This document shows, piece after piece, positions 12,321-25,800 of a stretch of DNA of 64,000 bases. This DNA is from Octopus sinensis (taxonomy: Eukaryota): the NCBI RefSeq assembly GCF_006345805.1, contig NC_043003.1, forward strand, positions 102,052,001-102,116,000, given 5' to 3'. Every line of letters begins with the position of its first letter. Positions within the stretch are counted from its first letter, which is position 1. The notes below the pieces were generated by a model. It worked only from the letters and a program-made list of their open reading frames with translations, made no database searches and was not told the origin of the DNA. A program made the translations under genes and the position numbers.

Positions 12321-13080
12321 ACTTTTGTCGATTATTAGCCATGTGATAATATTTGAAGCAATTATGATGATGACAATAATTCTATTATGATCATGGTGAT
12401 GATTGTGATATGGTGGCGGTGGTGTTCTGATAGCACCCACGATCATTAGTGGGATTATAATGTGTGTAATAATTAGTGATTTGCGATTATGAATGTGGAC
12501 GAAAAAACGATGAAAAACAAAACGACAAAACAAAAGACAAAAACAACTGACCAGTCAGCGAGTCACATGATAAAAGTTCATCGCAGAAAGTGGTCAGCAT
12601 GTGACTCGTTGTACACACACGCACACGAATTATATAAAAAAAATCACACGCGCTCTTTTTAATCATAGCAAAGAATTTCAAAGAGAGAAAGAAAGCAGAG
12701 AGCGTGCGCATCTGTTTTCCTTTAAATAGCGTTAAACATGAAAGAGATAGGAAGATAAATAAATAGACAGATACGATAACTGGTAAATAGTAGCAGTATC
12801 TAGGATTACATACATTAAGTTGCTCTCTTTTTGTAAGACAGTAGTGTGAGTGAGTTATGTGATATTTGGTCGCTATTTCTAGTATATCGTCCGTATACAA
12901 GTTCCTTCGTTAGAGGAAGCGAATAGATAAATAGATATGCAGTTATGAAACGTTCGGTGTGAAACACGATACATTTAAGATCTATTTCAAAATTTGTTTT
13001 CATTAATCTTTATACACACACTCTTAATTAGTTTTATGACAATATATATGTTTGATCAGATGCGGTCCGCATGGCTGGAA

Positions 13081-13130
13081 ATCATCATCGTTTAACGTCC
13101 GTTTTCCATGCTAGCATGGGTTGGATGTCT
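13081..13130 (-). mobile_element. RTE-type 3' tail fragment
   Basis: Reverse complement of ccaacccatgctagcatggaaaacggacgttaaacgatgatgat. Confidence 0.8.
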
Positions 13131-13799
13131 ATAGTAATTAACAGTAGCCCTGTATAACTGATTCCTATTTAGTAAACTATGCTCGTCACTTAATTTAACT
13201 AGACGAAGGGACAGGTTGGCACGGGACCACGACTAGGCCAGTGAGGTGTTTGTTTTCCGTGGGTCAACCTTCTATGCATATATGGGAACCCTGGGTAAAA
13301 AAACAAAAAAGAAATAAAAATGTCCATAACAAAAAAAGTACTGGTCGGGGAGAATAGATTGAACTTGGCATGCAATAAATGTGTGCTTCTAAAGTTTGAG
13401 ATATCAGAACAGACAGAAGTAATCTATCAAGCAAACAAACAGAAGCAACCTCTTACATAGTCACTCGACTTACAAGAAACAGCAGTCAAATCTCCAGAGA
13501 ACACATTTCTTGATATTTCAGAAAGGCATGAGGGGTGAGGGCAATGAGCAATATTTGTTGCATTTTTGACTTTGATATAAAAAAAAAAAGTTTTTACAAA
13601 TGTTCACTTAGAAAAATTATATCAGTTAAGCAAATTACCTTCTCTAAATGCATTAAAAGCACTCATATTCAAAGCTCTATTTCAGAAAATTATCCCTGTT
13701 CTCTTTGAGCATGCAAAAGACAAATTTAGGTAGGCAAAATGAATAAGACAAAGTAAGTTAAAGTTGTCTCTTCAATTCTCTTGAATTACATTTGGAAAA

Positions 13800-14910
13800 A
13801 GAAAAAAAGTATACACATCACATCTATAATCTAAAAACTCAGCATAGAATATAGCTTCTTTCCAATCTGCTGGAGTGGCTCTCTTCACCGTACAGTTAAA
13901 TAGAAGAAATTATTGAAATTAGTCATTACTCATTTTACCTCCACTTTAGACATCAGTTTTTTGAAAATTGAAAATGATCAAATTGGTCATGGGAAAAAAT
14001 TGATTTGGAATCCCAAAAAGAAAAGAATTTTGATAAACACCAAAATTTATCCAGATAATTTATTAGCAACTTCAATTAGAATCAAGTCAGAGTTGAGGAG
14101 AAGTTTCTTGGAAAAAATGTACCTGTCATCTGACTTTCAGCTTCAACAACAATTATGCTGACCAATTTTTACTCCCAAAGATGATGCAATAATTGCAATG
14201 TAATGGCTTCAAACAAATAGGGAGAAGAGAAATCTGAAATTATTCATTTTGCACCCCGCCATGGTCATAGCTGAATCATTGTTTTGATCTGCAGGTTAAA
14301 AGAACAACATCCAGAAAAAAAAAAAAGCCCCTGTTTATTATTATTTGATAGGGGAATTGATGGGAGTAGTGCACTAGCTTCTTTAGACTTGTCTCTGACT
14401 AGATCTGGGCCCTTGTAGTATCTTCTCTCTCATCCCGAGATTTTTCGACTGATTCTTTCAAACACATTGTAAACAGAGCCTGTGCCAACAAAGGAGCTTC
14501 TATGTCAGTCATGAGCAAACTGTGGCCCACAGGACTTTCTGAATGGCATGCCTAATAAACATTGCCTTGGTTTTTTTCTTTTAGTAGCATGATGATGAAC
14601 CATGCCTCATGCGGTTCGCTTCTTGGAAAAGGTTGCTAGTACCTGTTCTACATAGTGGATTGATATGCTACAAATAGCAGTTTCCCTTAACTCCTTTGGT
14701 ACCAACTCACTTGAAACTATTTCTTCCTTTTGTAATTTACTGGATCTAGAAGAAAAGGTTATGGTCTTTGGAAGCCTTCAAGTGATATTGAGGCCTTTAA
14801 TGTTCTTGATAATCCATTGCAACTTAGCATTTGCGGTAAAAATATGAGCAAGGAGAGTTTTCCAGGGATAGATGTTACGGAAAGGAAAGACTGAGCGTAA
14901 TGTGATGCTT
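13800..14910 (-). mobile_element. Highly decayed DIRS-like (tyrosine-recombinase retrotransposon) pol relic
   Basis: Manual translation gives, in DIRS order, W..L....QWIIKNIKG.NI..RLP (RT N-term), GMPF, NKQG, GSKNWSA*LL (RNase H G..NW.AD.LS) and FGIP.INFF (FG.P.IDLF); many stops. Confidence 0.45.
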
Positions 14911-15740
14911 GGGGATGTTGGACACAGCAAGGATTATGAGACAAAGAGAGGTGAGTGATTGGAGAATGTCTGAGTAGAGCTGGGATGATTCCAGTCAGCT
15001 CCAAGGAGTAAAGGATAATTATAGTATCAGTAAAAAAAAAAGGCAGAGAGAAGAGACAGCGCACTTCTGGGGCTAGAGACCAGAGTATGTCTCCATCAAG
15101 GCTGAGCATGAGTTAAACAACAAATATTTTGTATCTCACTTATACATGTTTGGTCTCAATTCCCTACCTCTTCCCCAACCAAACATTAAACACAAATATT
15201 CATGGTAAACAATGCATTAACCTAATGTAATCTTACTCTCAAATTCACTTTCACATTCACGTGCCCCACCCCGCACACACACATTTGAATTGTATTGAGT
15301 GATCCTTCAGTTAGGTTTGACTTGTGTCCGTCCATCCATCCATCAATGAAAGAGTGAAGCTGTTCAGCTTACAACTGCGGGTCAGTCCTGCTATGTCGAT
15401 TTTATGATGAAACAACATTCCAGTCATGACCATCCCGTCTTTTCCTCACCTTATGAATAAGAGAGCATAGGGCATATCCGACATCCTCCTTTTCTTAAGA
15501 CGGTAGAAGCTGATTTGAGGGAGATTTTAGCACTATTTCTAGCGGCTAGAACGAATGCGTAGAGACACTCATCATATACATACCAAGAGAATATAGTGGT
15601 TTGTATATGGTGAATAAAACAGGCTAGACCCAGCAGTCAAGCACCTGACAATCTGAGAAGAGAGCGCGTGACTTACATAGCAACTTCCCTGGCTTCCATC
15701 GATTTTTCCAAGCCGCATCTCGTGTTTTCCGCTTACTGAT

Positions 15741-15741
<1 letters not shown>

Positions 15742-15809
<68 letters not shown>

Positions 15810-15858
15810 CCTCTCTCTCCCTCTCTCTCACTCACTCACTCACTCACTCACTCACTCA

Positions 15859-15903
<45 letters not shown>
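15742..15903. repeat. (CT)n/(CTCA)n microsatellite
   Basis: Direct reading. Confidence 0.95.
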
Positions 15904-15905
<2 letters not shown>

Positions 15906-16224
15906 AGACTGTCTGCATGCTCCCTATGAAATTGTTTTTCCCTTTTCGATCCTTCTTTTTCTCTAGTCTCTGCAAGTCCATCTTTTGGCACTGCAAAATG
16001 CTATAATAAAATTATTGGTTCTTCACAACCCCGTCAATATATATATATATATAAATTATAGCCTTCCTTCACAATGTAATTTAGTTGTATGGTTCCTTTC
16101 TGGACTTATCTCTGTGACACTATGTTGGTCAGTAGACGCTGTTGAAAAAAGTACCATTTGCGTTGTTTATTATTTGCAACTGTATAATAATAATAATAAT
16201 AATAAAGGTGATTATGATTTCAAA

Positions 16225-16395
16225 TTTTGGCACAAGGCCCGCAATTTCGGCGGAGGGGGTAAATCGATTACATCGACTCCAGTGCTCGAAAGGATGAAAG
16301 GCAAAGTCTCACCTCAGTGGAGTTTGAACTCAGACGTAAAGAACCGGAAGAAATGCCACTAAGCATTTTGTCCGGCGCGGTAATGATCCTGTCTA
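16225..16395 (-). mobile_element. SINE family A copy
   Basis: Reverse complement of head and core (cgaaaggatgaaaggcaaagt...tttgaactcagacgtaa). Confidence 0.7.
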
Positions 16396-17116
16396 GGGTT
16401 GCAATGCGTTTTGTAGCTTAAACTGTATTAGCAAGCTTCGGCGACTCCTGGATGTTCTATTTTTGTTTTATATGGTTCTTAAAATTGTGATATGACTACC
16501 CTCCTCTTACTTATGTACACGAACTAAAAAAATCTATGTAGTCACTAGCTTGCTAGATATAACTGCCAGACATCCCTTAGGTTATTAAAAATCATTTGAG
16601 TTTGTATTCTTTTAGCAAATTACTGGGTTAGCTGTGACGTGGTTGCTCGGTTCACTTGAAATAGCAACCAAATTTCTGTCTAATCCCATTCGATTACCTT
16701 AAGAACATATTGAATAATGTTGTCTTAGATACACTGCCTGAAAAAAAATTACTTGATGGTCACAGTTGGCACTTTTATTATAGGTATTCTCGATCAGAAT
16801 TGACCTGACGCTGAACAGCAGCAACAAATCATAAACATTTAATTCATAATCGTTAGTTAGATCGACAAAATATATCTTGTCGAACAAGCGATTATAGATT
16901 AAATGTTTATTATCTCTCAGACTTATCTTTTGAGTTCATTATTCGAAGTGGTTTGAAATAACTTCTTTGAGTTTGTCACCCCTTGAAATAACCGGGCGTG
17001 CGCGCACACACGCATTGGAGAAAACTTATCTAGATGTGTATGAGAAAGAGAGAGAAATAATTGCAGAGTCACTGAGTTGCTAAAAGTTCATGTCAAAAGT
17101 ATCAATGATCAAAACA

Positions 17117-17303
17117 GGCGGCGAGCTGGCAGAAACGTTAGCACGCCCGGCGAAATGCTTAGCAGTGTATTGTCTGGCGCTACGTTCTGAGTTCAAATTC
17201 CGCCGAGGTCGACTTTGCCTTTCATCCTTTCGGGGTCGATAAATTAAGTACCATGTAATCGACTTAATCTCTTTGTCTGTCCCTTCTATGTTTATAAAGA
17301 AAT
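17117..17303 (+). mobile_element. SINE family A (tRNA-like head, Meta/MESC-like core) with 20-bp TSD
   Basis: ggcggcgagctggcagaaacgttagcacgcc...gagttcaaattcc...gcctttcatcctttcggggtcgataaattaagtacca; TSD aagtatca(a/t)tgatcaaaaca at 17097-17116 and 17304-17323. Confidence 0.85.
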
Positions 17304-17894
17304 AAGTATCATTGATCAAAACATTCAGCCCACTCATATGTAAGCAGTATCACTTAGCCAAGACACCCCAATATTCGCTGTCATAAGTACACCTGTCTGT
17401 GAATGTGTGTATATCTATCTGTCTGATAGACTCACATATCGAAGACGACGTATGAGTGTTTAGTGAGAAGACATATATCCAATCAAATAGTACCACTATT
17501 CACCGTTGTTTACAATTCATTCACTTCACCTGGTGACTCCTCATGAAAATCTTCCGGCTACAAAAGCAATATGGATATGAGCATGACTTATTAAACCAGC
17601 ACGTGATTTTGCCGAGAAATTACAATGTGGACAACGATGGTTTGTGGGGAGACTTGTTCTGTTGGTTTACCTTCTGTATTTTCCCGTAACTGCGCTTGAT
17701 GAAATACCTTTTGAATTTCGAAATTTTGAAACTGGAAAAAGCACTCTCTTCCAGTCTGCACGGTTTCTCGCAAGATTTTCTTTTCTAATGTTCAGGCGTT
17801 TCAAATTATCTTTGATTTGTCCTTATAGTGTCCGTAGTGGCCAGCCTACATTCTGTCGTCAATATTCAAATCTTTTTCGGATTTATGCTTTACC

Positions 17895-17932
<38 letters not shown>

Positions 17933-18121
17933 GTCGAATATGTTCGTAAACGACCTATGCTACAGGACGGAGGGGACCATATAAAAACGACCGAATGTTT
18001 CCAAAAATTCTAAAGTACTATGCTTTATTGTTGGGCATGCTTTCGTTTGAATCAGTGTAGTTGTCAAACTCGATCATATGGGCAATGTTTGTATATGAAA
18101 TATACTTTAAAACGATAGGTA

Positions 18122-18333
18122 CGCCAATTCAATGAGTCTTGGTAATCACAGGCTCCTTGATTAGCTCATTAAGTATTATTTACACCAGGTGCGTGGAACC
18201 ATCCGAATGTCTATAAAAGTTCTAAGGCGTGTAATTTTATGTCTGTACAATATACCATAAAATGTTAATTAAATCAGTTTAATTAATCTTAGCATTTATA
18301 GGATGGCCTGTCTATATGATCATTGAATTGGCG
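18122..18333. mobile_element. 212-bp Tc1/mariner-type MITE
   Basis: Perfect 14-bp TIRs CGCCAATTCAATGA with TA on both sides. Confidence 0.7.
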
Positions 18334-19639
18334 TAACTACACAAAACTAAGGTGTAGTGTGGCAGAATGGGTGAGAAGTTCACTTCGCAACTAAGAGGCT
18401 CCGGCTTCGATCCCCACTACCAAGCATCGGTTCTGAACCATAGCATACATTGTAAGTAAAAGTGAGTAGGTAGAACTATATCAGGTGAATGGCACCTGCG
18501 TCACATGCTTGAAAATGCTCAGCTACGTATACGTTTATTCAGGAGCAGGTAATTCAGTTGATCGAACAACTGAATCTTCATCGTTGAACGACGGAGACCC
18601 ACCACCACTGTATATTGCAGTGGCTGTCTGCTATGTAATGCAATAGGTAGGTGCTGAGACACCATGCAGTGTTGATGCTAGACACATAAGCAACATTAAT
18701 GTCGGCCGTGTAATAGAAGAAATAGTTTTATAGGCAGATCAGGCAGCCTTGTCAGCACGTAATGCAACAAGTAGGTGCAGGCAGGCCAAGCTGTATTGAT
18801 TGTCGGTCGTATAATACCAGCAGTAGGAGGCAGATCAAGCAACATTCATGTCAGTTTTGTAATGCAGCAGCAGGTAGGTGCAGACATTTCTTTTTGCAAC
18901 TGCCAACCGCTTATAATGGCAACAGCATACATAGTTTTATAAAGATCTGAAACTATGTGATCTACCTCTTACGTTTATGTTTTATGTCGCATTTTATGAA
19001 CAATAGCATCGTTTGTTAGAGATTTCCAACGGGCCAGATTCTATCGGAACAAATATCATAAAGGAATTGTTTTTGAATTCACCGGTTTATCGGTTTGTTC
19101 GCTGATGGATATGTTTTTCGTCGGAAGTCACTTATAGACACCTCTCTCTTGCCCTCTGTCTCTCTTTACACATACATTAGATACCTCCGCTCAATTTCTC
19201 TCTACTAAATTCTACTCGTTAGAATTGGTCAATCCAAAGCTTTATATACCAAAGGTACCGCGCACTGATGATAGAACAGCATTACTTAGTTGTGAAGCGA
19301 CCTTCTTAACCGTAAAGCTATAATTGCACCCTTAATCTTTGTGATGATACTTTTATTTTTCATCTTACTATTTTCATTGTTATTCGTGTAATTCTGTTGC
19401 AAATTTCATCTCTTTATTCTATGTCTTTCCATCAAATTGTGTTTGTGTTTACACCTGAAATGAGGGTGACAAGTGGTAGAAACGACTAAATAATGCTTCC
19501 AAAGATTAGGGCAAATCTCAGCAGGAAAAAAGTCCGCTTTTTTATTGTTTTACCAATGCTAATGGGTTAGTGTGGCTAAGTCCTCTTTTTGTATTTGGCA
19601 AAAGAGAGAAAGAGAGGGTGAATTTGAAGCTGTGCTTTC

Positions 19640-20810
19640 GCGTGTTTCTATCCTTGACGTAGACCCATCTAAGGGACCACAAGTAGCCCACTTCATATAG
19701 ATCTCTTATGTTTTCCAGCAGGATTTTGAAAGACTGTGGGTCTTTGGATCCTAAATTGCAGTATTTGGCGTTACCACTAAGTGGAGAAGATTTGGCATTA
19801 AGTAGTGGTGCCTAAATCGCGGTTTAGTAAAACCCAATGCCACATTTTGGTGTTAATTCTTTCAACATCTTCCACACATTTATGCTGTGTGCGTGCATCA
19901 CTAAATATCTTTGTGTTCTTCGTAGAGAACCATGGAGCTTTCAGCCTCTCTCAGCAACTCTTCTGACACATAGAGACTATCCTAAGCATTGGATTTCTTC
20001 AAATTTTCCAGTCAGTTTACCATTTTGTGTCAACCATAGTTGGGAACAATAATCCTGGCGACTGAGAACATATGTCTTCCACAGAACCAACATGATTACT
20101 TGGTCTCTCGTTCTAAATGATTTCAGAATCCATTTGTCATTTGCCAGCACATTGTCATCTTGTTATAGTGCATTTTTGTTAATTTTGGTCGTCATGTTAT
20201 CACTGATTGTGACTCCAGGATTGTAACTCTAGATCCTACGTATCCTGGTTGCGATGTATTAAGAGGATTGATACTTAAGTGCTTGAAACTTGCCACCTTT
20301 AATCGCAAATTGTTTCTTCAGTCCATTTTAAGTCTTTGTGGAAGATTTTGACATCATTGGCGCTTTTGATTATCTTTCCTTGTATAAGTAATGGCTTGTC
20401 TGAGAGAGCTCATTACAAACAGCAATGATCCTGATGAGCATTTCCGTATGTTCTACTCTCAGAATTATTGTATCCTTTCGGAAGACCACCATTCGCTGCG
20501 GCAGCTCGATTTCCGTTTGTTGTACAGTCATGCAGCTACTCTCCTAATTGTCCAGCTATGCCAAGGTGAAGTAGCTTGTGACATTATTCCATGATCAACT
20601 TTGTCGAAGACCTTTGCAAAGTTGGATATACCTCACACATTTGAATAGTTTGAGCAGCTATCTCAAAACCCAATCGTAAATCTGTAGAAGCTATCTGAGA
20701 CAGCTTGTATTCAGATGGAATCTGTATTGAGTATCACTTAGCAAGTCATTTTCCTTTAAGAACGCGATCAGTTTCATTTCATGACTTCCTCGGTATTTGA
20801 AGTCAGAGGG
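19640..20810 (-). mobile_element. Old CR1-clade LINE ORF2 relic, same family as 891-1693
   Basis: FAKVFDKVDHG, WILKSFRTRDQ and VLSRQDYCSQLW motifs with many stops and frameshifts. Confidence 0.8.
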
Positions 20811-21805
20811 AAAAGCCTGTAATTTTTAACATTTACTTTCCTTCCTTCCTCAGGATAGAAAATTTCTAGTTTTTAGAGAGCTTATCAATTAGAAAGAAAC
20901 TTTTGATAAATGACTGTTGTGGTTTTGTTTTCATATGAATTGTCGAAAACCAGTCGGGACCTGTCTCTAATTTTAGGCTCAATTTATCTATAGCTGATAT
21001 TGCATCCATCTTTTTGGTCTGAATACAATCGATGGTTACCATTTTCTTATGTTGAAGAACTCTGGTTTACTTAATTGCGCGTCAATGGGGCTAGTGGAAG
21101 AACTTTAGGATTGTTCTTATAGAATTTCACTATAGCCCCCACTTTGTGATAGACCACCGCTGTTTTGTGAATTTATAGAAAGTCGTTATAAAGGTCTCGT
21201 TTGCTTCCCCACCCCGTGGATTTACGTAATTTCCAGAAAAATTAAAGATAGGGGTCACATGTTTATGTAAATATCGAAAACAAGACGCATACTTGATGGA
21301 ATAATGAACAATTGCACAAAAATTAGCTTCTGTTTGCTTAAGGGGTGGAAAGTTTATTAAAGTTATTTTGGGAAAGGGGGCGCTACAAAGAGTTTACAAG
21401 AAATCCCGCTTAGCAGTTTGTCAGACTCGCTCACGATTCTGTCAGCTCTAAGCAACAATGATTTACTTACAAAAGGACTTAACATTGGATATACGGTCGA
21501 ATTTATTCTAGAAATAAAGTGGGGAGGGCAGTGATCTCGAGGTGTGTTCACTAATTGAACACACGAGGCAGGTGAAACTTGAAGTTATGCTCCCACTGTC
21601 AATGCGTCCATACATACATGCATAGACACACATACACACTGCTTATATTTATATAAGCTGTCATTCTTGACAGCAGTTCTAACACGCCTCACCAAATAAA
21701 TCATTATGTAAGCATGTATACTAAACTCATAATTCCTTTACTGGTGTCAGTATCTATTGCACTGCTACTATGCTTGGTTCATCACAGACATAGCTGTGTG
21801 TGTGT

Positions 21806-21839
<34 letters not shown>

Positions 21840-22307
21840 CGTATATTTGTCTGTACTTACATGACTGTGTACGTATAAATAAATATACGTGTGTATACAC
21901 ACGCCCGCACACATCGCATTGAAAGGTCATTGAACGGATAGACAGAGATTCACTGACCAGCATGCCACAATCTCGGGTGGTCAGGCATACTATTTTATAA
22001 TCTACCCTCACTTTGAATAGCATCCTTTCGTCCCTAATCCTTGAATCCCCTATCTCGCTCATTTTTGTAATGTTCACAGTGCCTCCCTAGTTCACTATCC
22101 CTAAATTAAAATACTTTGTCAAATTCCGTCTTCGCAGAGCTACTGCTCTCTTGAAATCCTATCTGCCTAGATTTTATTATCTACGAGTGTCGATCGGTAA
22201 AAGATCAGCCGGCCTCAGCAGCATAGAAAAGCTTCAGAGTTGCATGCACACACGCGCGCGCGCACGCGCACACACACACACACACACAAATATATGAAGC
22301 GACAGAA

Positions 22308-22535
22308 GGCGGCGAGCTGGCAGAAACGTTAGCACGCCGGGCGAAATGCTGAGCGGTATTTCGTCTGTCGTTACGTTCTGAGTTCAAATTCCGCCGAGGT
22401 CGACTTTGCCTTTCATCCTTTCGGGGTCGATAAATAAAGTACCAGTTTCGCACTGGAGTCGATGTAATCGACTTAATCCCTTTGTCTGTCCTTGTTTGTC
22501 CCCTCTATGTTTAGCCCCTTGTCGGTAGTAAAGAT
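22308..22535 (+). mobile_element. SINE family A, near-intact copy
   Basis: Nearly identical to 17117-17303; flanked by a 30-bp direct repeat (22278-22307 / 22611-22640). Confidence 0.85.
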
Positions 22536-22920
22536 ATATATATATATACACACACACACACACGTGCATATATGTCCATTTTGTATATATATACGCACGC
22601 GTGTACACGTACACACACACAAATATATGAAGCGACAGAAAAGTACACTGAAATTGCAATGAGGGGTACAGTATTTAACGTTTCGGACAGCAGTCTTTCT
22701 TCGGGATAATTTCGACTAGAGGGAATATAAAGGAAGACACCAGCCAGTTTCTCGCTGTCTTTTACTTTCTTCCTGTTGGTTTTACCTTATCCGAAATGTT
22801 GGATGTTACACTCACCCCGATAATTTCAGCATGCTTTTTCCGTCGTTTTTGCAAATAATGCAAAAGAATTGCCGACATAAACCACCACCTGTCTCTTTGG
22901 ATTCCGTTTATATATATATA

Positions 22921-23029
22921 TCACCGTGACCGACCAGGCTATCAGATGTTGCTATACATCGCTGGTCACAATGCGCTTCGCATTGTTTTAGCCTTCAAAT
23001 GACGCCACCCCGCTGGCTAAACAGGCAGG

Positions 23030-23032
<3 letters not shown>
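22921..23032 (-). mobile_element. 3' part of a third SINE family (C)
   Basis: ctggtcacaatgcgcttcgcattgttttagccttcaaatgacgccacc; a related older copy lies near 38270-38490. Confidence 0.6.
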
Positions 23033-23074
<42 letters not shown>

Positions 23075-23802
23075 CGTATGTATGTATAGGAGAGAGAGAT
23101 CTGTGTGTGTATCTACATTATGCAGTACATTATATCTTATTCATAGACTGAAACATCAGTAACCCAGACTTCCACACAGTTCACCTCTGTTACGCAATAA
23201 GCTTGAACCCGGCACCCTTCGATTGCAAAGCGAACTACTTTAGCAGTTTGCTATGTTGTGTTCGGACATCTGAACATACCGACAGACTTCTCACGTTTGT
23301 TTCTTTTACTCCTCACTACCATAACCAATTTTTTCTTTTTGTTATGCTTTTTCCGATGTTTTCATTTTCTTCTGCTCACCCCTCTATCCCAAGTTATCTT
23401 ACTATCCAATTGTGTAACCTCACCTATCTGCTCAGTAATGAATGACTGACTTCACACCGGTTTAAATAGTTACTGTCAATGTATTGTTACCGTAATGGTC
23501 TTTCAAGTTTTTTTCCCCCTTTTTCTTCTCATTTCCGTTAAATCTGCTTCTTTATTTCTTTTCACCTTTCCATTTCTTACTGTTAAGTCGGTCATCGTCA
23601 CCAGCTGCTATTATCTTGTTGTATCCATGTGAGATAACTACCCGTCTGTGTGACTGTATTTAATATTATATATATAGATATTGACATGGTGTCAATTGGT
23701 AAGACTAGGTTAGTTTGTATCAGGGCAGGTAGCCAAGCAGCATCACTCCGCTCATCTCATTCAGCTGTGTATCGTCGTGATCTAATCTCTTTAACACACC
23801 AC

Positions 23803-23825
23803 ACATATATATACATACATATATA

Positions 23826-23874
<49 letters not shown>

Positions 23875-25033
23875 CATGTATGTATGTATGTATGTATGTA
23901 TGTATGTATGTATGTATGTATGTATGTATGATGTATGTATGTATGTATGTATGTATGTATGATGTATATGTATGATGTATGTATGTATGTATGTATGTAT
24001 GTATGTATGTATGTATGTATGTATGTTATATCGTATATATGTATGTATATGAATATGTATGTATATATATATTATTATGTATATTATAGTATGTATATAT
24101 ATAATGTATGTATGTATATATATATGTATGTATGTATATATGTATGTATGTATATATATCGTATGTATGTATATATAATGTATGTATGTATATATATGTA
24201 TGTATTATATATAGTATGTATGTATATATATTGTATGTATGTATATATATGTATGTATTATATATAATGTATGTATGTATGTGTAATATAGTATGTATGT
24301 ATATATAGATATGTATGTAGTATATTATATTTATATGTATATTGTATGTATTATATATATATATGTATTATGTATATATATGTATGTATGTAATTATATT
24401 AGTATGTATATATATTGTATGTATGTATATATATATTATTAATGTATGTATGTATATATATGTATGTATGTATTATGTATATATGATATGTATGCATATA
24501 TATATATGTATGCTATATATATGTATGTATGTATATATTTTTATATATATATATATGGTATGTATGCATATATATATATAATGTATGCATATATTATAAT
24601 ATGCATATATGTATCTATGTATGCTATATATATGTATGCATATATATATATGTATGCATAGATAGATATATGTTATGCATATATATATATATGTACATAT
24701 TATATGTATGTATATAGATATATGTATATATATATATATATATATATAAATGTATTATGCATATATATGTATGTATATATGTATGTATATACATATATAT
24801 GTATGTATAATATGTATGTTATATATATATGTATGTATATATATATATATATGTATATATATGTATGTGTATATATATATTATGTATGTAATATATATAT
24901 ATATATGTATATATATGTATGTATAATATATATATGTATGTATTGTGTATATTTTATATATATCTATATATATGTATGTATATATATATATATTATATAT
25001 ATGGATGTATATATATATATATATATTATGTAT

Positions 25034-25075
<42 letters not shown>

Positions 25076-25608
25076 ATATATATATGTATATATTATATAT
25101 ATATATATGTATGTATATATATATGTATGTATATATATATATATATGTATGTATATTATATATATATGTATTGTATATATATAATGTATGTATATATATA
25201 TATGTATGTATATATATATATATATATGTATGTATATATATATATGTATGTATGTATATATATGTATGTATATATAATATAGGTATTATATAATATGTAT
25301 GTGTATATATATATGTATTAATATGTATGATATATATATATATGCATGTATATGATATATATATATATGCATGTGTATATATATTATATATATATATATG
25401 CATGTATATATATATATATATAGTATGTGTGTATATAATATATATGTATGTGTATATATATATGTATGTGTATATATATATATATATAAACATATATATC
25501 TATAATATGTATGTGTGTATATATATATATGTATGTGTATATATATATGTATGTGTATATATATATATATAAACAATATATATATATATATAATACGTAT
25601 ATATATAA

Positions 25609-25666
<58 letters not shown>

Positions 25667-25733
25667 CATACATACATAATCATACATGCATATTTAAACA
25701 CACACACACACACACACACATAATATATAATAT

Positions 25734-25799
<66 letters not shown>

Positions 25800-25800
25800 A
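23803..25800. repeat. About 2-kb degenerate (TA)n/(TATG)n tract with polarity switches
   Basis: CATA to TATG switch near 23875 and TG to CA switch near 25580. Confidence 0.95.

Noticed and set aside
17893-17935. cgacta-(TA)n-tagtagtcg as another fold-back case
   Set aside because: Only 4-6 unique paired bases with a bulge; too short to separate from chance.
21542-21564. 9-bp perfect hairpin as a Helitron terminator
   Set aside because: No CTRR downstream and no matching TC 5' end was found.
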